IMG/VR virus record: IMGVR_UViG_3300002026_002465
Coordinates: 96,001-160,000 of that record
Direction: 5' to 3' (one strand)
Length of the DNA stretch: 64,000 nucleotides
Source: a virus
Shown one piece after another: positions 49,007 to 59,148 of this stretch (position 1 is its first letter; every line of letters begins with the position of its first letter). A program made the translations under genes and the position numbers. Below the pieces are notes generated by a model. It saw only the letters and a list, made by a program, of their open reading frames with translations, was not told where the DNA came from and did no database searches.

Positions 49007-49581
49007 TGAAATCACCAAGAGAATCAAATGAAAGAAAAATTGAATCTTCTAATATTAGGTTATTAAAAGAATCAAAAGAAAAAGAAGTTCATATAATATC
49101 TTCAGGACCTTCAATTAAAGATTTTGATTGGAAGAGTTTAAGAGGTAAAGATATAATGACTTTAAATGATTCTATATTTTATTTACCTTTAAAGACAACA
49201 TATCATGTATATAATGAACCTTTTGAAAAAGAACAAAAAAATTATTTAAAAATGAGTGCCAAGTTTTATAATACAAAGAAATTTACTACATTTGATATAC
49301 CAGGGTGGTATCAATTAAATTTATATGATGATAAGAATTTGGCATTTATGCTTGCAATAAATCTTTCAATAGATTTAGGATATGAAAAAGCTTTTTTATA
49401 TGGTTATGATTTTGAGTGTATAGGTGGTTTTATACATTGGTGGGACACTATTTCTGAAAAAAATGAAAAAACAATAAAGATAAAGATGGAATTAGTTGAA
49501 AAACAAAAGATAATGTTTGAAGAATTTAAAGAAAATATTTCTGACAAAATCATTCTTCAACAGGTAAGGGTAAAAAAATAA
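49006..49581 (+). CDS. DUF115/Maf/sialyltransferase-like putative glycosyltransferase
   Basis: VHIISSGPSI...DIMTLND and A..L...LGY..AFLYGYDF pattern typical of the Maf/MptE-like/CstII-like fold. Confidence 0.55.
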   Translation: MKSPRESNERKIESSNIRLLKESKEKEVHIISSGPSIKDFDWKSLRGKDIMTLNDSIFYLPLKTTYHVYNEPFEKEQKNYLKMSAKFYNTKKFTTFDIPGWYQLNLYDDKNLAFMLAINLSIDLGYEKAFLYGYDFECIGGFIHWWDTISEKNEKTIKIKMELVEKQKIMFEEFKENISDKIILQQVRVKK

Positions 49582-50265
49582 ATGAATGGCGAGTATGAAG
49601 AAGTTTCACAGAATTTAGAAAAATTAGAAAATAACCTCATTACTGTCATTAATGATTTAAAGGCATCAACTGAAATTATTCTTAAAGAATTAACAGGATA
49701 TCTTAATGTATCAGCCCATGATTTATCAGAAATAAGATCTACAGTTATAAAAGTAGAAACAGTTTTAGACTCTATTAAAGACTATATCTCTAAACTAGAT
49801 AATATAGAAAGAGAAATATATTCTATAAAACCAATCATAGCAGCAACAGAGTTAAAAATTATAAATGAGTTTCAGAAATTATTCCAATATAATAATGATA
49901 ACTTTAAAAAACTTGTAAGTTACGTTGGACAATCTATGAAAAAACTTGATTTAAATGATTCAAATATTGACAAGAGATTAGAGACTGTAGGGTTGCAGAT
50001 TAAGCATGTTGGTATGTCATTTAAAGAAACAAAAGAAGAATTAATAAAAAACCAAGAAGGTTTGTATAAAATAATAAATACACTTGTTAGTGGACAAAAT
50101 GATGTAGAAAAAGCTCAAATTTCTCTCCAAGGATCAAAGATAAAAACAGAGGCTGAAATACAAAAAAATAAATTATGGTTTATAGTTAAAATTGTAGGTA
50201 TATTTTTTAGTTCAGGTGGAATATTGTTTTTTGTCATTAAATCAGTAGTTGAAATGTTTATCTAA
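49582..50265 (+). CDS. Coiled-coil protein with C-terminal transmembrane segment (holin-like?)
   Basis: Heptad-rich body followed by LWFIVKIVGIFFSSGGILFFVI. Confidence 0.5.
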   Translation: MNGEYEEVSQNLEKLENNLITVINDLKASTEIILKELTGYLNVSAHDLSEIRSTVIKVETVLDSIKDYISKLDNIEREIYSIKPIIAATELKIINEFQKLFQYNNDNFKKLVSYVGQSMKKLDLNDSNIDKRLETVGLQIKHVGMSFKETKEELIKNQEGLYKIINTLVSGQNDVEKAQISLQGSKIKTEAEIQKNKLWFIVKIVGIFFSSGGILFFVIKSVVEMFI

Positions 50266-50288
50266 TAAATGTTTTAAAGGAGAAATAA

Positions 50289-50849
50289 GTGAGTGAATTA
50301 TATGATATATTCGTGCGAATAAAAGAACTCCTTTATGAAAAGAAATTTGAAAAATTAGATCTTCCTGAATTAGTCGAATTAATACTAAAAGAAAATAAAA
50401 CTAAAAAAGATTTAGAAACTCTGAAATCAGTCTATGAATATGTTGTCGGAATGGAAAAATCTCTTGAAGATTTAGGAACAATAGTTTATGAAATGATGAG
50501 TTTTTCAAGTTCTACTTCTATTGTAGAAATAGAAACAAAGGTTAGAGGTATAGTTTTAACAGTTGATCAATTTATAGATGGTCTTGCTGCTGTTATTAGA
50601 GTTGTCAAATTTAGTGAAAGTAAATTAAAACTTAAACAATCATTAGCATATTTAAAATCTATTAGAGGTCTAATAATTAATAAAACTAATGAATATAAAT
50701 TAAAAATAGGAAAGACATCAATAGATTCTGATACATTTTTAAGATTTCTTACAGATACAATTGATACCTTTTTAAGAGAGGCTTATATAATTCGTATTCT
50801 TAAGATAAAAGATGTAATTCAAAAAACTATAGATATAAATCATGATTGA
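50289..50849 (+). CDS. Hypothetical helical protein
   Basis: 186-aa ORF in the operon. Confidence 0.6.
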   Translation: MSELYDIFVRIKELLYEKKFEKLDLPELVELILKENKTKKDLETLKSVYEYVVGMEKSLEDLGTIVYEMMSFSSSTSIVEIETKVRGIVLTVDQFIDGLAAVIRVVKFSESKLKLKQSLAYLKSIRGLIINKTNEYKLKIGKTSIDSDTFLRFLTDTIDTFLREAYIIRILKIKDVIQKTIDINHD

Positions 50850-53800
50850 AAATGTTATTGTTACAAAAACTGGTCAAGAAGCAGATAATACTCAAAAAAC
50901 CATTTTTTCAACCAACACTCCTTGGGAAAATAATGGATCTAATCTTGTAGTCTATTTAAATAAAGCTCCATTAGATAAAAACAATTATACAATTATTGAT
51001 TCATGGAGATTGCAATTTCAGTCTCCACTTAAAACAACAGATGAGATTCAGTTTATTATTACAAAACTTGGAATATCATTTCAAGCACAAGTTGACAAGT
51101 TTAACAAGAAAATAGAAGGCAAAACACAAACTTCATTATTAAAAAAAGAATATGAAGAAACAATACCATCAAAAATAATAACACACTCAGATGAAATATG
51201 GTCATCAACCATACCTTCTTCACCACAAACTGCAGTATCAAATGGTGTTGTTCAAGTTTTATCATTAAAAGAATTAACTCAAGACACCACTGTCCCAGGG
51301 AGAAAAGGATGGTATGCTTCTTCTAATGGATTTTTATCAGGAAGAATTAAAGATTGGGTTCCTTCAAGATTTGGACAAGCATATCACATACGATTATTTG
51401 ATGCTGATGGAAAAGAAATAGTATCATCAGATAAAATAGATTGGAGTTGGGATTATGCTTCTGGGTATTTAACTATATTAAATTCACATAATTATAAAAC
51501 GCCATTTAAAGTTACTGGTTTTCAATATATTGGAGGTTATGGTGTAGATTTAGATGGAATCAGTCAATGGAAAAATCCAATTCCATCTTTTGGACAATTA
51601 CCAACAGAAGGAAATACTCAAGGCGATGCAAGAATTGTTTTAGATGATAATTCTCTATGGAGATGGGATTCACTTAAATCAATTTGGATAAAAATGGTTT
51701 CATCTATCATGAAAGATAGTGTTACAACATTTGCAGATCTTTCTGCTGTTATTTCTTATCCTGGTGATATAAGATTAGTTGATGATGAGAGTATGTTCTA
51801 TAAATATACTCTCACTGGTTGGGAAAAAATCCTATTTTCACATAATCATGATGAGAGATATTATACAGAAAATGAAATAAGTCAAATACTTACAAGATAT
51901 TCACCAAGTAGTCATGTTCATGATTCTTTATATTATAGACAATATGAAGTTACGAATATGGTTAGATGGAGAGTGTCTGCGGCAACAGAAGCAGACTTAC
52001 CTGAATGGACATCATCAAGAGACGGTGATGTTGTTTTAGTTAGATCTACAAATACAATTTATAGATGGGATCCTAATAAACTTCCTCTTGGTAAATGGGT
52101 TGCTATTATATCTGGAAATCTTACGTGGAAAATGCCAGTTCAAACAATTGCTCTTTTACCAACAGTTGATAATAATACTGGTGATGTTAGAATAGTTCTT
52201 GAAAAGAAAGAAGCATATATGTGGGATGGAACACAATGGCTTCCATTTACCAATAAAGTTCATAATCATGATGACCGTTACTATACTGAGAGTGAAATAA
52301 ATGTAATGGTTAGATGGCTCCCACCTGTTGCAAATATATCTCTCCTTCCTTTATCTAATAATACCGATGGTGATATAAGATTAACACTTGATAACAATGC
52401 AATATATAGATGGAAAGGATCGTCTTGGATAAATATATCAGCGTCAAATACCTGGCGTGATCCTGTAGATTTATTTACAGATCTTCCAATCATGGGAAAT
52501 AAAGAAGGTGATACAAGAATAGCAAAAGACACTCTTCTCATTTATATTTGGGATAATAATTATAATATATGGAATGTAGTATCAAACCCTCCACATAATC
52601 ATAATGATAGTTATTATACTAAAAGTGAATTAGATTCAGGACAATTGGACAATCGTTATTATACAGAAAATGAAATCAATGCAATGTTCAATATAAATAC
52701 TGGTCATAATCATGATGGAACAGATTCTGCAAGAATAGATTATAATGATTTATTAAATATACCATATTTTTATTGGAAAAAGCCTGTTGCTACTTATGCA
52801 TCACTTCCTATTATTGGAAATACAACTGGTGATGCAAGAATAACATTAAATGAAAATGGATTATATGTTTGGACTGGAGTAAATTGGAATCTTGTTAATT
52901 CAGGTTTATTTGCTCCAATGAATCATAATCATGATGAGAGATATTATAGAGAAGATGAGATTAATAATATCATATCAAACCTTCAACTTTGGGTAACAGA
53001 TCTTTTATTAGAGAAAGCAAATGTTATTCATAACCATGATGAGAGATATTATAAAAAAGAAGATATTGATCAAGAGTTTGATGATAGATTCGACAAAGAT
53101 TTAGGTCATGATCATGATGGTGTTAATTCAAAAAGAATAAGTTATTATAACTTAGAAGATGTCCCTCCATTAAATGCTCATACTCATGATGATTTATATT
53201 ATAGAAAAACAGAATTAGCAACTCCTGGAGAGGCTGAAGTTCATTGGGAAAATGTAGCATCAAAGCCTGATTTAGCAAATGGACACTGGAAAAGCCCTGT
53301 TCAAACATTTCAAGATTTACCTGCAACTAATAATGAATTATATGATATTAGAATTGTATTAAATGATAGTGATATATATGAGTGGAGTGGAACAGAATGG
53401 ATATATGTTGGACACTGGGATAATCAATATGTAAATTATTGGAGAGAACCAGTTGAAACTTATAACTCCCTTCCATTAGTTAATAATGTAAGAGGTGATA
53501 TACGCCTTGTTATATCTGACAACTCTCTTTATAGATGGGATGATGAAATAAAAAGATGGGTTGTTTTATCATCAAATAAAACAAATGTTCAGATTTATCA
53601 AAATGGTCTCCATTTAGTTCAAAAAGTCGAATGGCTTAGAACAAAAGAAAAGGCAGTTGAATTGCTCACACCAGCATTTGGTGGGGATAGAATAACGTTA
53701 ATTATTAATGGTGATTATTATATTCGTAAAGACTTTGTTGCTTGGCAAGGACAAACAATCTTTGAATTAAGTAATGAGTATTATAGACAAGATTGGGTTG

Positions 53801-55896
53801 TTCAACAAAATCAAATGGTTTTTATGTTAGATAAGAACTATATAATGAATGCTAAAAATCTTGTTATATGGTGGAATGGTTTATTACAAAGAAAAGGAAA
53901 AGATTATATTGAATCTTCTCCAAACTCTTTTACGTTTAATCATATTATATATCCTGAAGATCATGTTATTGCAATAATAATGGACCAGGCTTCTGGTGAA
54001 GGAACATATGTAATAGAAGATCAACAAGCAACATCAGGTCAAACAGTTTTTAATCTTGAAAACTTTTATATACCAGGAAGTAAAACATTATTAGTTTATT
54101 TTAATGGAGATTTATTAAAACCAGGTGATGATTATTATGAAACATCAAACTCAACTATTGAGTTAAGAGCAATAAGTGCAACAACTGAAGATACCCTGTC
54201 ATTTATTATATTTGGAAACGGAATTGGTGGCGGATGTTGTAATGCTAAAGATATTATATTAGGAACTCCAACAGATGGAGCTTGGTCTGATGGTCTTTTA
54301 TATTTATTTGATGAAATGAAATTAAACGACTCAATTGATGATATTAATGAGGTGTTAAAAGATATAGCACCAGAAGCTCCTACAACTTTTGATAACCTGC
54401 CATTAGATAAAAATGGACTCTCATTATTTTCAGGATATGTATCTAATAATAATATAAATTATGAAACAGGATATGGACAAACTGGAGCTGGTCAATATCA
54501 AAATTATTTAACAGAAAGTCAATCTTTTTATCTATACTCTCCAAATGATACTTGTTTTGGAGATGCTGATAAAGGAACTATTACACTTTATTTAAATGGC
54601 GTGATTATAGATTCATTTAGATTATATGCAGCCTTTGTTGAAGATAATGCTTCAGCCTCTCAAACATCTATTTCTTATGGTCAATTGTTTTCAGGTGCAA
54701 GAGAAAACGAAGGTATAACTGGAACAGATGGTGCTTTGAGAAATTCTATGAATGGATATATTTCTATAATGAATGTTGGTATTTATAATAATTTTAAGAT
54801 GTGGCAAAAAGGAAGAATAAGAATAAATATAACACCAGGAACATTAAGACAAGGTTATAATTCAATCTATATTGTTCATAAGTCAGCAAATTTTAATAGA
54901 AAATCTGTTGCATTAAAACTATTTTTAGATACAGCAAATGCCAGACCATACTTGGCACAACAAACAATACTTGAAAATACATATTTGATATCATCCAAGT
55001 ATTGTTCAGGTATTAGATATTATTCTATTGGTGATAGGTTTAATGTTCGTTTTACAGGAATTGGTATTTTTAATAATACATTTGCTATGGCTCCAGTTGA
55101 ATTAGATATGCCAGGACTTCAACCTTATGAAATAGAATGGAATCATGAAGATATAACAGGGCCACAAAATCCACCACGTCTTGGAGATTTATTTAATTTT
55201 AATGGAGAGATCATATTGAATGAGTATAATGAATATGATTCAAATGCTATAATGACAATAACAACAAAGGATCCATTTGGATCTGGTGCTACAACCACTA
55301 CTACTCCTGTAAATAGATTGATTAATACATTTACAAATGGAAGTTCTGATTTAATTGAATTTTTCAGAGATGAAATCTATCGCCTCCCTGCTGGTGATTA
55401 TAATTCAATACCATCAATTAGAGTTAATGCTTGGAATAGTCAAAACTTGCTACAATCAGGTAATGCTATGTTATTTAATAGAAAATTAAAATATGCTAAT
55501 TTAAATTTTTCTAATTATACGCCACCTCAAACAGCCAATTATTCAGGTTTTACCGGACCACAAACATATTATAGAAGTTTTTACAAACATGCGGCAAAAA
55601 ATGGTGGAATTATACAAATTAATGGTGTAACAATACAAGATATAACAAGCAATAGAGTGTTAATTGATATTAAACTTCCTGCTAAAACAGGTTGGTTATC
55701 ACTTAATAAAAATTATGATGTTAGTGTTTTTACAGGGTCAGATGGAAACGGATGTTTGCTTAAAGTTGATGGTAATAATTATTATTATTCATCAGGAACA
55801 TTTTCAACCGCAAGTAGTGGATATATGGTTGTTGTAAGAATAACTCTTCCAAACTCTAATATACCTGAAATAGAATATATGGAAATGAAGTGGTGA
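50842..55896 (+). CDS. Large repetitive tail fibre/virion protein (1684 aa)
   Basis: Nine W..PV....LP..gN..GD.R....Y.W repeats, about nine H.HD..YY repeats, and GQT.F.L...Y.PG...L.VY.NG repeats. Confidence 0.8.
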   Translation: MIENVIVTKTGQEADNTQKTIFSTNTPWENNGSNLVVYLNKAPLDKNNYTIIDSWRLQFQSPLKTTDEIQFIITKLGISFQAQVDKFNKKIEGKTQTSLLKKEYEETIPSKIITHSDEIWSSTIPSSPQTAVSNGVVQVLSLKELTQDTTVPGRKGWYASSNGFLSGRIKDWVPSRFGQAYHIRLFDADGKEIVSSDKIDWSWDYASGYLTILNSHNYKTPFKVTGFQYIGGYGVDLDGISQWKNPIPSFGQLPTEGNTQGDARIVLDDNSLWRWDSLKSIWIKMVSSIMKDSVTTFADLSAVISYPGDIRLVDDESMFYKYTLTGWEKILFSHNHDERYYTENEISQILTRYSPSSHVHDSLYYRQYEVTNMVRWRVSAATEADLPEWTSSRDGDVVLVRSTNTIYRWDPNKLPLGKWVAIISGNLTWKMPVQTIALLPTVDNNTGDVRIVLEKKEAYMWDGTQWLPFTNKVHNHDDRYYTESEINVMVRWLPPVANISLLPLSNNTDGDIRLTLDNNAIYRWKGSSWINISASNTWRDPVDLFTDLPIMGNKEGDTRIAKDTLLIYIWDNNYNIWNVVSNPPHNHNDSYYTKSELDSGQLDNRYYTENEINAMFNINTGHNHDGTDSARIDYNDLLNIPYFYWKKPVATYASLPIIGNTTGDARITLNENGLYVWTGVNWNLVNSGLFAPMNHNHDERYYREDEINNIISNLQLWVTDLLLEKANVIHNHDERYYKKEDIDQEFDDRFDKDLGHDHDGVNSKRISYYNLEDVPPLNAHTHDDLYYRKTELATPGEAEVHWENVASKPDLANGHWKSPVQTFQDLPATNNELYDIRIVLNDSDIYEWSGTEWIYVGHWDNQYVNYWREPVETYNSLPLVNNVRGDIRLVISDNSLYRWDDEIKRWVVLSSNKTNVQIYQNGLHLVQKVEWLRTKEKAVELLTPAFGGDRITLIINGDYYIRKDFVAWQGQTIFELSNEYYRQDWVVQQNQMVFMLDKNYIMNAKNLVIWWNGLLQRKGKDYIESSPNSFTFNHIIYPEDHVIAIIMDQASGEGTYVIEDQQATSGQTVFNLENFYIPGSKTLLVYFNGDLLKPGDDYYETSNSTIELRAISATTEDTLSFIIFGNGIGGGCCNAKDIILGTPTDGAWSDGLLYLFDEMKLNDSIDDINEVLKDIAPEAPTTFDNLPLDKNGLSLFSGYVSNNNINYETGYGQTGAGQYQNYLTESQSFYLYSPNDTCFGDADKGTITLYLNGVIIDSFRLYAAFVEDNASASQTSISYGQLFSGARENEGITGTDGALRNSMNGYISIMNVGIYNNFKMWQKGRIRINITPGTLRQGYNSIYIVHKSANFNRKSVALKLFLDTANARPYLAQQTILENTYLISSKYCSGIRYYSIGDRFNVRFTGIGIFNNTFAMAPVELDMPGLQPYEIEWNHEDITGPQNPPRLGDLFNFNGEIILNEYNEYDSNAIMTITTKDPFGSGATTTTTPVNRLINTFTNGSSDLIEFFRDEIYRLPAGDYNSIPSIRVNAWNSQNLLQSGNAMLFNRKLKYANLNFSNYTPPQTANYSGFTGPQTYYRSFYKHAAKNGGIIQINGVTIQDITSNRVLIDIKLPAKTGWLSLNKNYDVSVFTGSDGNGCLLKVDGNNYYYSSGTFSTASSGYMVVVRITLPNSNIPEIEYMEMKW

Positions 55897-55904
55897 GGTA
55901 TTAA

Positions 55905-56289
55905 ATGACAATAAGACAATTAAAAAAAAATATATGATTATACAGATGATGAGTTTATAAATGGAAGGCTTGTTGTTAATTTAAAAGATGATTGGGGACA
56001 CGTTGATAGAAATGGTAAAGTAACCACTCCAATTATTTATGAATGGGTTAGTGTTTTTTGTGGAGAAAGAGCCAGAGTAGAGTTAAATGGAAAGTATGGG
56101 CATGTTGATTTAAATGGCAAAATAATTACACCTATTATTTATGATATAGCATATAGTTTTAATTCAGATACAACAAGTGTTTCATTAAATAGAAATTATG
56201 GACAAGTTAATTTAGATGGGGAGTTGCTTGTAAAATATAGAAGAAAATTTATTAAAGCAGTTTTTAAATTGTCAAAGAAGAAAATATAG
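55905..56289 (+). pseudogene. WG-repeat (KWG/WG_beta_rep) protein frameshifted at an A9 run; absent from the ORF track
   Basis: GAGG Shine-Dalgarno and ATG at 55905; with one A removed at 55922-55930 it reads MTIRQLKKIYDYTDDEFINGRLVVNLKDDWGHVDRNGKVTTPIIYE...KYGHVDLNGKIITPIIYD... (127 aa). Confidence 0.8.
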
Positions 56290-56298
56290 GAGAATAAG

Positions 56299-56901
56299 AT
56301 GAGATTAAAAAATATTAATATTGATGAAAGAAGCTCAACTTTTTCAGACGAAAATCAAAAAAAGACTTTAAAAGAAATGTCATCTTCTGTTAATAAATTA
56401 GGAGAAGTATTTGATAGTATGGTAAATCTTGAAACATTTATTCTCCAAAGTATTTATCAAGAGTTATCAATTCTAATTGGTATAAAAAATGATAAAGAAA
56501 AAATAGTTCAAGAAAATGGATTAGATTCATATTTAGAAGATTATTTTAAACCAGCTGCATATAAAATGGAAGAAAAGATAATATCTTCTATAAAAGATTG
56601 GGATGGTGAAAATGATAGATTATCAACAAATGAAATAAAAGAAACCATAGTTGTATTAAAAGAAGTTTCAAACTTTTTAAAAATAAGTGGAAATAAATTT
56701 CAATCATTAAGTATTTTAAACGATATGATTGATGAATTTGGATATTTTCAAATATGTAAAGCTGTTTTTACAGGTGATATAGTTGATAGAGTTGTTGTAT
56801 TAACAAAATTGAAAACAGAAATAAAAGAAGTTTTTTCAGAACAATCAATTACAAAAACAGAACAGCCTAAAAGAAAAAAATTAACAATAGATGATTTATA
56901 A
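56299..56901 (+). CDS. Hypothetical protein
   Basis: 200-aa ORF, GGAG Shine-Dalgarno. Confidence 0.65.
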   Translation: MRLKNINIDERSSTFSDENQKKTLKEMSSSVNKLGEVFDSMVNLETFILQSIYQELSILIGIKNDKEKIVQENGLDSYLEDYFKPAAYKMEEKIISSIKDWDGENDRLSTNEIKETIVVLKEVSNFLKISGNKFQSLSILNDMIDEFGYFQICKAVFTGDIVDRVVVLTKLKTEIKEVFSEQSITKTEQPKRKKLTIDDL

Positions 56902-56915
56902 AAAAGGAGTTTATT

Positions 56916-57146
56916 ATGTCAAAATTAGAGGATAAGGCAAAAGAGTATGCTGAAAAAATAAACAATCTTGAAAACTTAAATATTCAACCCGCTGAATTAC
57001 AAAGATATCATTCTTTGTCTGAGCAAGAGTTTGATAAAAATATGCAAAAGATTGAAGATTCATTGCAAGATGATATAAAAAAGATACCAGAAGTTTTAAT
57101 TGTTTTCAATAAAATTCTTGGATCGTTAAAAAGGATTTCAAAATAA
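56916..57146 (+). CDS. Hypothetical protein
   Basis: 76-aa ORF, AGGAG Shine-Dalgarno. Confidence 0.6.
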   Translation: MSKLEDKAKEYAEKINNLENLNIQPAELQRYHSLSEQEFDKNMQKIEDSLQDDIKKIPEVLIVFNKILGSLKRISK

Positions 57147-57337
57147 TGTCAATTAAAGGTTTAAATAATATATTAAAACAAAGAGAAGAACAGTATGGTT
57201 TTAATAATGGTGTAAAGAAAGAAACTTCTAATTCTGAAGAATTTGATATTTTACAAAAAGCAATAGCAACACTTGCTGAAAATCAAAAAATGATTTACGA
57301 AAAACTTATAGAGATAAGAAATAAACTAGGGGAATAA
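57146..57337 (+). CDS. Hypothetical coiled-coil protein
   Basis: 63-aa ORF coupled to the upstream stop. Confidence 0.55.
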   Translation: MSIKGLNNILKQREEQYGFNNGVKKETSNSEEFDILQKAIATLAENQKMIYEKLIEIRNKLGE

Positions 57338-57339
57338 TT

Positions 57340-58416
57340 TTGGCATCTAAAGATACTCAAATCAATATTGCATATAAAAAATTCCTCAAGCGTCAATATA
57401 CTACGACTGATAAAAAATGGCATGAAGAGTATCCTGGAAAAGCACTCAATATAAAATTAAGTGATGTTTGGATTGATGTCATTCCAAATAACCCACCTTT
57501 AGTTGATACATCTGTTATAAAAATAATAACAAAATTAGAATTAACCCAAGATGTTACAGTTGATGGAGCTGTATCATGGGTGGCATGTTCTACTCCAGGT
57601 GATTTAAATACACGCCTTGGTGATTTTATTCAACCTGATAAAGAGTTGAAACAAGGGTATTATGTAAAATTATATGATTCAAGTGATACTCAAATATATG
57701 TTGGAGATGATTTAAATTGGGAGTTTGATTATGCCAATGGAAATTTGACATTTGAATTTTCTCCTACAAATTATGTAGCTCCATTTAAAATATCATGTTA
57801 TCAATATATAGGAAGAAGTGGTTTTAACACTGAAGATTTCGTTACTCCATTAGATGAATCTTATGATGGAAAGAATGGATCAGGGTCTGGAAGGATAATT
57901 CATGCAGACTTTGGACCTGTTCAAATTACACCATCAAATGGTTCTGCAGCTTTACAATTAGACCCTGTAAACTATATTCCATCTATTGGATTAGCTGATG
58001 GTCAGTTAATAAATAATAGTGGAATTTTATATATATATGATTCAACTCGTGTAAAATGGATTAGTATGAATAGACAAAACATTACATTTGGAATGAAAAG
58101 AGCAGATGGATGTTATTTAAACATAGCTGATTTCTCATCATCAACTTCAGGTTGGCCAGCTTTAAGAAAAGGAACCATATTAGGAATAACAGCTCAAGCA
58201 TCATCAGGATATGCAAATAAAAAATTTATAATAAGCAGAAATAATGATCCTACATCTATATTTGATTTTAATTTAAATAATTATTATTATGCAAATTCAA
58301 ACATCTCAATTGACTTTGAAATGAATGATATAATTAAAATACTAGCAACATCAGAGTTTACAACTACATATAATGTTGTAATTACTGTTGAAGTTGCATG
58401 GAGGTTATCATCATGA
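57340..58416 (+). CDS. Virion structural protein sharing a domain with the N-terminus of 50842-55896
   Basis: ELTQD.TV.G...W, Y..+L+D, W.+DYA.G.LT and PFK+..+QYIG occur in both proteins. Confidence 0.65.
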   Translation: MASKDTQINIAYKKFLKRQYTTTDKKWHEEYPGKALNIKLSDVWIDVIPNNPPLVDTSVIKIITKLELTQDVTVDGAVSWVACSTPGDLNTRLGDFIQPDKELKQGYYVKLYDSSDTQIYVGDDLNWEFDYANGNLTFEFSPTNYVAPFKISCYQYIGRSGFNTEDFVTPLDESYDGKNGSGSGRIIHADFGPVQITPSNGSAALQLDPVNYIPSIGLADGQLINNSGILYIYDSTRVKWISMNRQNITFGMKRADGCYLNIADFSSSTSGWPALRKGTILGITAQASSGYANKKFIISRNNDPTSIFDFNLNNYYYANSNISIDFEMNDIIKILATSEFTTTYNVVITVEVAWRLSS

Positions 58417-58637
58417 TTAAGTTTGAAGAAGGGTATAAACAAAAAGATTTTATATTTTTTAGAAATCCAACCACTGGTCCTAACTTTTTGAAGGATAATA
58501 AGCCTTTTTATGAATTAGCCATTGTTGAAATAGCTAAAGGTGGTGTTTATAATGATACAATGTCATGGGATGGTAATTGGAATTTTAAAATTATAAAAAG
58601 ATTTTTTGGTGATGGCAGTTATGATAGATTTATTTAA
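58413..58637 (+). CDS. Hypothetical protein
   Basis: GAGG Shine-Dalgarno before the ATG at 58413. Confidence 0.5.
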   Translation: MIKFEEGYKQKDFIFFRNPTTGPNFLKDNKPFYELAIVEIAKGGVYNDTMSWDGNWNFKIIKRFFGDGSYDRFI

Positions 58638-58756
58638 GAGATAAAGTGTAATATGTTATATAGAGATTGGGAGAGTTTAGCGAAATACTTGGATAAAAAT
58701 GGCTTATTTTCAGATGTATTTAATGAGATTTTTAATAAATAAGCATATATTAAGAT

Positions 58757-59140
58757 ATGGTTATAGATGAAAAATACTATCTTGAAATAGAATCTGATTT
58801 AAAGAAGTTATTAGCTTATGAATTAGATAATAAAATTTGTTCTATTAAAAATGATGCTTATAAAGCATATTTTACGAAATCGGATGAATGGGACAAAAGG
58901 AAAAAATACTTTTTTTTTGATATAAAAACATTCAAAAAATCTCTCGGCACAAATCCAATTATGGCAATGGGTGAAGTTATGATAAAAATTGGAAAATTTG
59001 TGCAAGATAAGTCTGATGATAAAATTCAAATGTTGTCAGAAATAAATTTTGTAAATCAATATACTGATGATTTTAGAATTCGCATCAAATTTATATCTTA
59101 TGATATGGCTGCCAAGATTTTATTAAATCAGAGCCAATAA
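58757..59140 (+). CDS. Hypothetical protein
   Basis: 127-aa ORF. Confidence 0.6.
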   Translation: MVIDEKYYLEIESDLKKLLAYELDNKICSIKNDAYKAYFTKSDEWDKRKKYFFFDIKTFKKSLGTNPIMAMGEVMIKIGKFVQDKSDDKIQMLSEINFVNQYTDDFRIRIKFISYDMAAKILLNQSQ

Positions 59141-59148
59141 GGGGAGAG

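Noticed and set aside
25571-55896. Inteins, introns or homing endonucleases in the very long ORFs
   Set aside because: No C/S...HN-C/S/T splice signature, and no LAGLIDADG, GIY-YIG or HNH nuclease motif; the HNH strings here are HxH fibre repeats
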